Shown one piece after another: positions 62,100 through 64,000 of a DNA stretch of 64,000 nt (position 1 is its first letter; every line of letters starts with the position of its first letter). The stretch is from Camelus dromedarius (Eukaryota), in NCBI RefSeq assembly GCF_036321535.1, contig NC_087442.1, positions 60,388,001 to 60,452,000 on the forward strand, given 5' to 3'. The notes under the pieces are model-generated. The model ran no database searches. It was not told the DNA's origin and saw nothing but the letters and a program-made list of their open reading frames with translations. A program made the position numbers and the translations under genes.

Positions 62100-63100
62100 C
62101 CTGCCCCTGGTCATCTTTCTCCTTAAAGCAGCTGAGGTCAGGGGAGAGAGAGGGGCCTAGAGGCAAAGAGAAGGTCTGTGCCTATAATAAGGTGCTATAA
62201 TAATTCATTTCCAACTGTTCAACTGAATTCAGTAACTCAATTTCATGTAATAAGTAATAGTTCATCTTCAGTTTTGAGCAGTGTGCTGGTTACGTTTTAA
62301 CCAAACTTCCAAAGTCTATGGTCCACCTAAAGCCCGGTATTAGATGAGCCATCACTACTGACACAGCCAGCTCAGCTCTGGGGAGTTTCTGACTCAGCAC
62401 CTTACCCTTGACTCCTACAACAGGGATTCTCTTCTGGAGTCCAGCTCAATCTGGAGCCCAATCGTAAGTCTGGCTGAACACAAGGGATGGAGAAATTTTC
62501 CAAGTAGTGAAGCTGACCGTAAAAACTTACTTAGATTGTTTGGGGACAGTTTCTTATTCTCCAGTGGGTTACCTGTATCAGCATTATAGACCAGTTAGGA
62601 CCCAAATACTTATCTATGGTTTCCCACAGGAGTTTGTCTATCTGAAAGAAATCTCCCTAACAGGTCCAATATTTCCTCATAGTAGACAAGACTCACTGCA
62701 AAAAACTCTGAGACATTTTACTGTGTGAGTGAATCTAAAGTAGGCATGATAAACTACAGGAGGGGTTGAGTCAAAAGGTAGCTCAACTGTTGCTATTTCT
62801 TATTAATGAGCATTATGTCCCTTGCCCCATGATCTCCGCAGTGAACCAGCCAAAGTTCTAAGGATTTACCAGGCTTCTGACTATGACAATTACAAATTCC
62901 TTCCTTCCAAGCTCAGTGTAGGTATGTAACCCTGCAACTATCTTCTCAATAGGGTCAAGACCTTCCTTTAACCCAGAATAGGTCTTCATACTAGTTAATA
63001 CTGGGGTATCATGATTTTTTGTGCTGGTACTTCAAGCCACAATTTCCAAAGAATGATGAGAAGAGGGCCAGAGGATACTGGCACAGGTAGGCATGTCAGG
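62100..63100 (-). pseudogene. Decayed ERV-L-type gag
   Basis: SQKPGKSLELWLVHCGDHGARDIML resembles ERV-L gag KQKSGE..WEWILRVWDNGGRNIKL; boundaries uncertain. Confidence 0.6.
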
Positions 63101-64000
63101 AGAGAGACCTACACATGCCTGATTACCTACATCTTTTATAACAGTCAGTAGGTATTACTGTCCTTGCTTGAGATGGAAAGTCTACCTCTACCTTTCAAAA
63201 CTGTTCACTACATAAACACTTGAACAGGTAGTCCAGAACAAAAGGTAGTCAATGCTTCAGAAATGTGAGAGCCTTGGGAGAATTATTTCCCAATTACTAT
63301 TTAATGGAAAAAATGTCTAGAAATTCAGCTGACTGATAAAGCCCCTACAATATTATTCAATTTACCTTTTCAAAGACTTTCCAACAATTTTTTCTAATAT
63401 TCTGCTCTGCAGTTAAACTGGTCTTTTTATTACTTGAGCACACCCAATACTGACCCAGCTTCTTGGTGACAGAAAACAAATAAATAACAACAAATAACTT
63501 CTTGCAAATAAAAATTGAAACCACAAATTTCAAATTCATGCTTTTACTTCTATATGTCCTTCATTGCAATGATTCTTTTACACTATGGTTATCTGGCCTT
63601 TTGACAGATTGCCTTGGAAATGATTTAAATTCTTTACCGTATATATTTATTGTTTCCACAGCAAAATAGCAAGCTTCTTGGGAGTATAAACGATATTTTT
63701 CCATGACTCAACATTCCTAATTCAATTCTTCTTAATAAAAGATAGCTACTTACTGAGACATTAGTGCCATTGTCTTTAAGTCTCTGATAAATATATTCTA
63801 TAAGAGGAGGGAACCAGTGATCCTTATTTTTCCCACTGAGATCCAGAACTAAACAGTCAACAGGCCAAAGTAGGCCTCTGTAATTCAAATGTCACACTGC
63901 AGTTTCAAACTGGCAGCCTTCCTTGAGTTTCATTTTACTTGCCAAGGAAACAATGAAGCACTTATTCTGATGCCAGCAGAACTGTGGGAAGAGACTAAGA

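Larger units (their letters stand above)
1..64000 (-). other. PPP1R9A: Internal part of the neurabin-1 gene (11 coding exons plus introns); window starts and ends in introns
   Basis: The spliced translation matches neurabin-1 from the acidic post-PDZ segment through the coiled coil to the segment before the SAM domain. All exon phases are compatible. Confidence 0.97.

Noticed and set aside
52454-64000. Search for the upstream PDZ-side exon and a small alternative exon recalled from human isoforms (NTVAELQG...)
   Set aside because: Neither was found. They may lie beyond the window or in the gap, so absence cannot be claimed.
1-64000. CRISPR arrays, rRNA/tRNA genes, operons or foreign inserts
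   Set aside because: I saw no spaced direct-repeat array, tRNA-like fold or long gene-dense segment; composition is mammalian intronic throughout.

Overview
Mammalian genomic DNA: AT-rich, CpG-poor and repeat-rich, with one 188-N assembly gap. The window appears to lie wholly inside PPP1R9A (neurabin-1), which is on the minus strand. I traced 11 coding exons between 52453 and 231. All have GT-AG boundaries and join in frame, from [10 protein letters not shown] through the coiled coil (LQIKHAV...ELDFIKRQE...IRDLEAEV) to NFTFNDDFSP...SSDE. The upstream PDZ exons and downstream SAM exons were not found and presumably lie outside the window. Four exons (16437-16143, 8840-8753, 8654-8571, 2523-2325; 666 nt) form the large insert absent from the canonical ~1098-aa isoform. 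Introns hold ancient eutherian repeats (MIR, L2, L3/CR1, old L1, MER33, MER58A, MER46C, LTR16-like, MLT1). A younger L1 3' end of camelid type and the absence of Alu, B1, Bov-tA, PRE1 or SINEC suggest a camel or alpaca (inference). The most unusual element is at ~59.75-63.1 kb: a decayed class III (ERV-L-like) provirus that also carries a gamma-type env TM with an immunosuppressive domain, in the same sense as the host gene. Several unannotated-looking splice options are also flagged. Family names and homologous motifs are recalled from memory, no database was searched, and repeat boundaries are approximate (tens of bp). No prokaryotic features are present.
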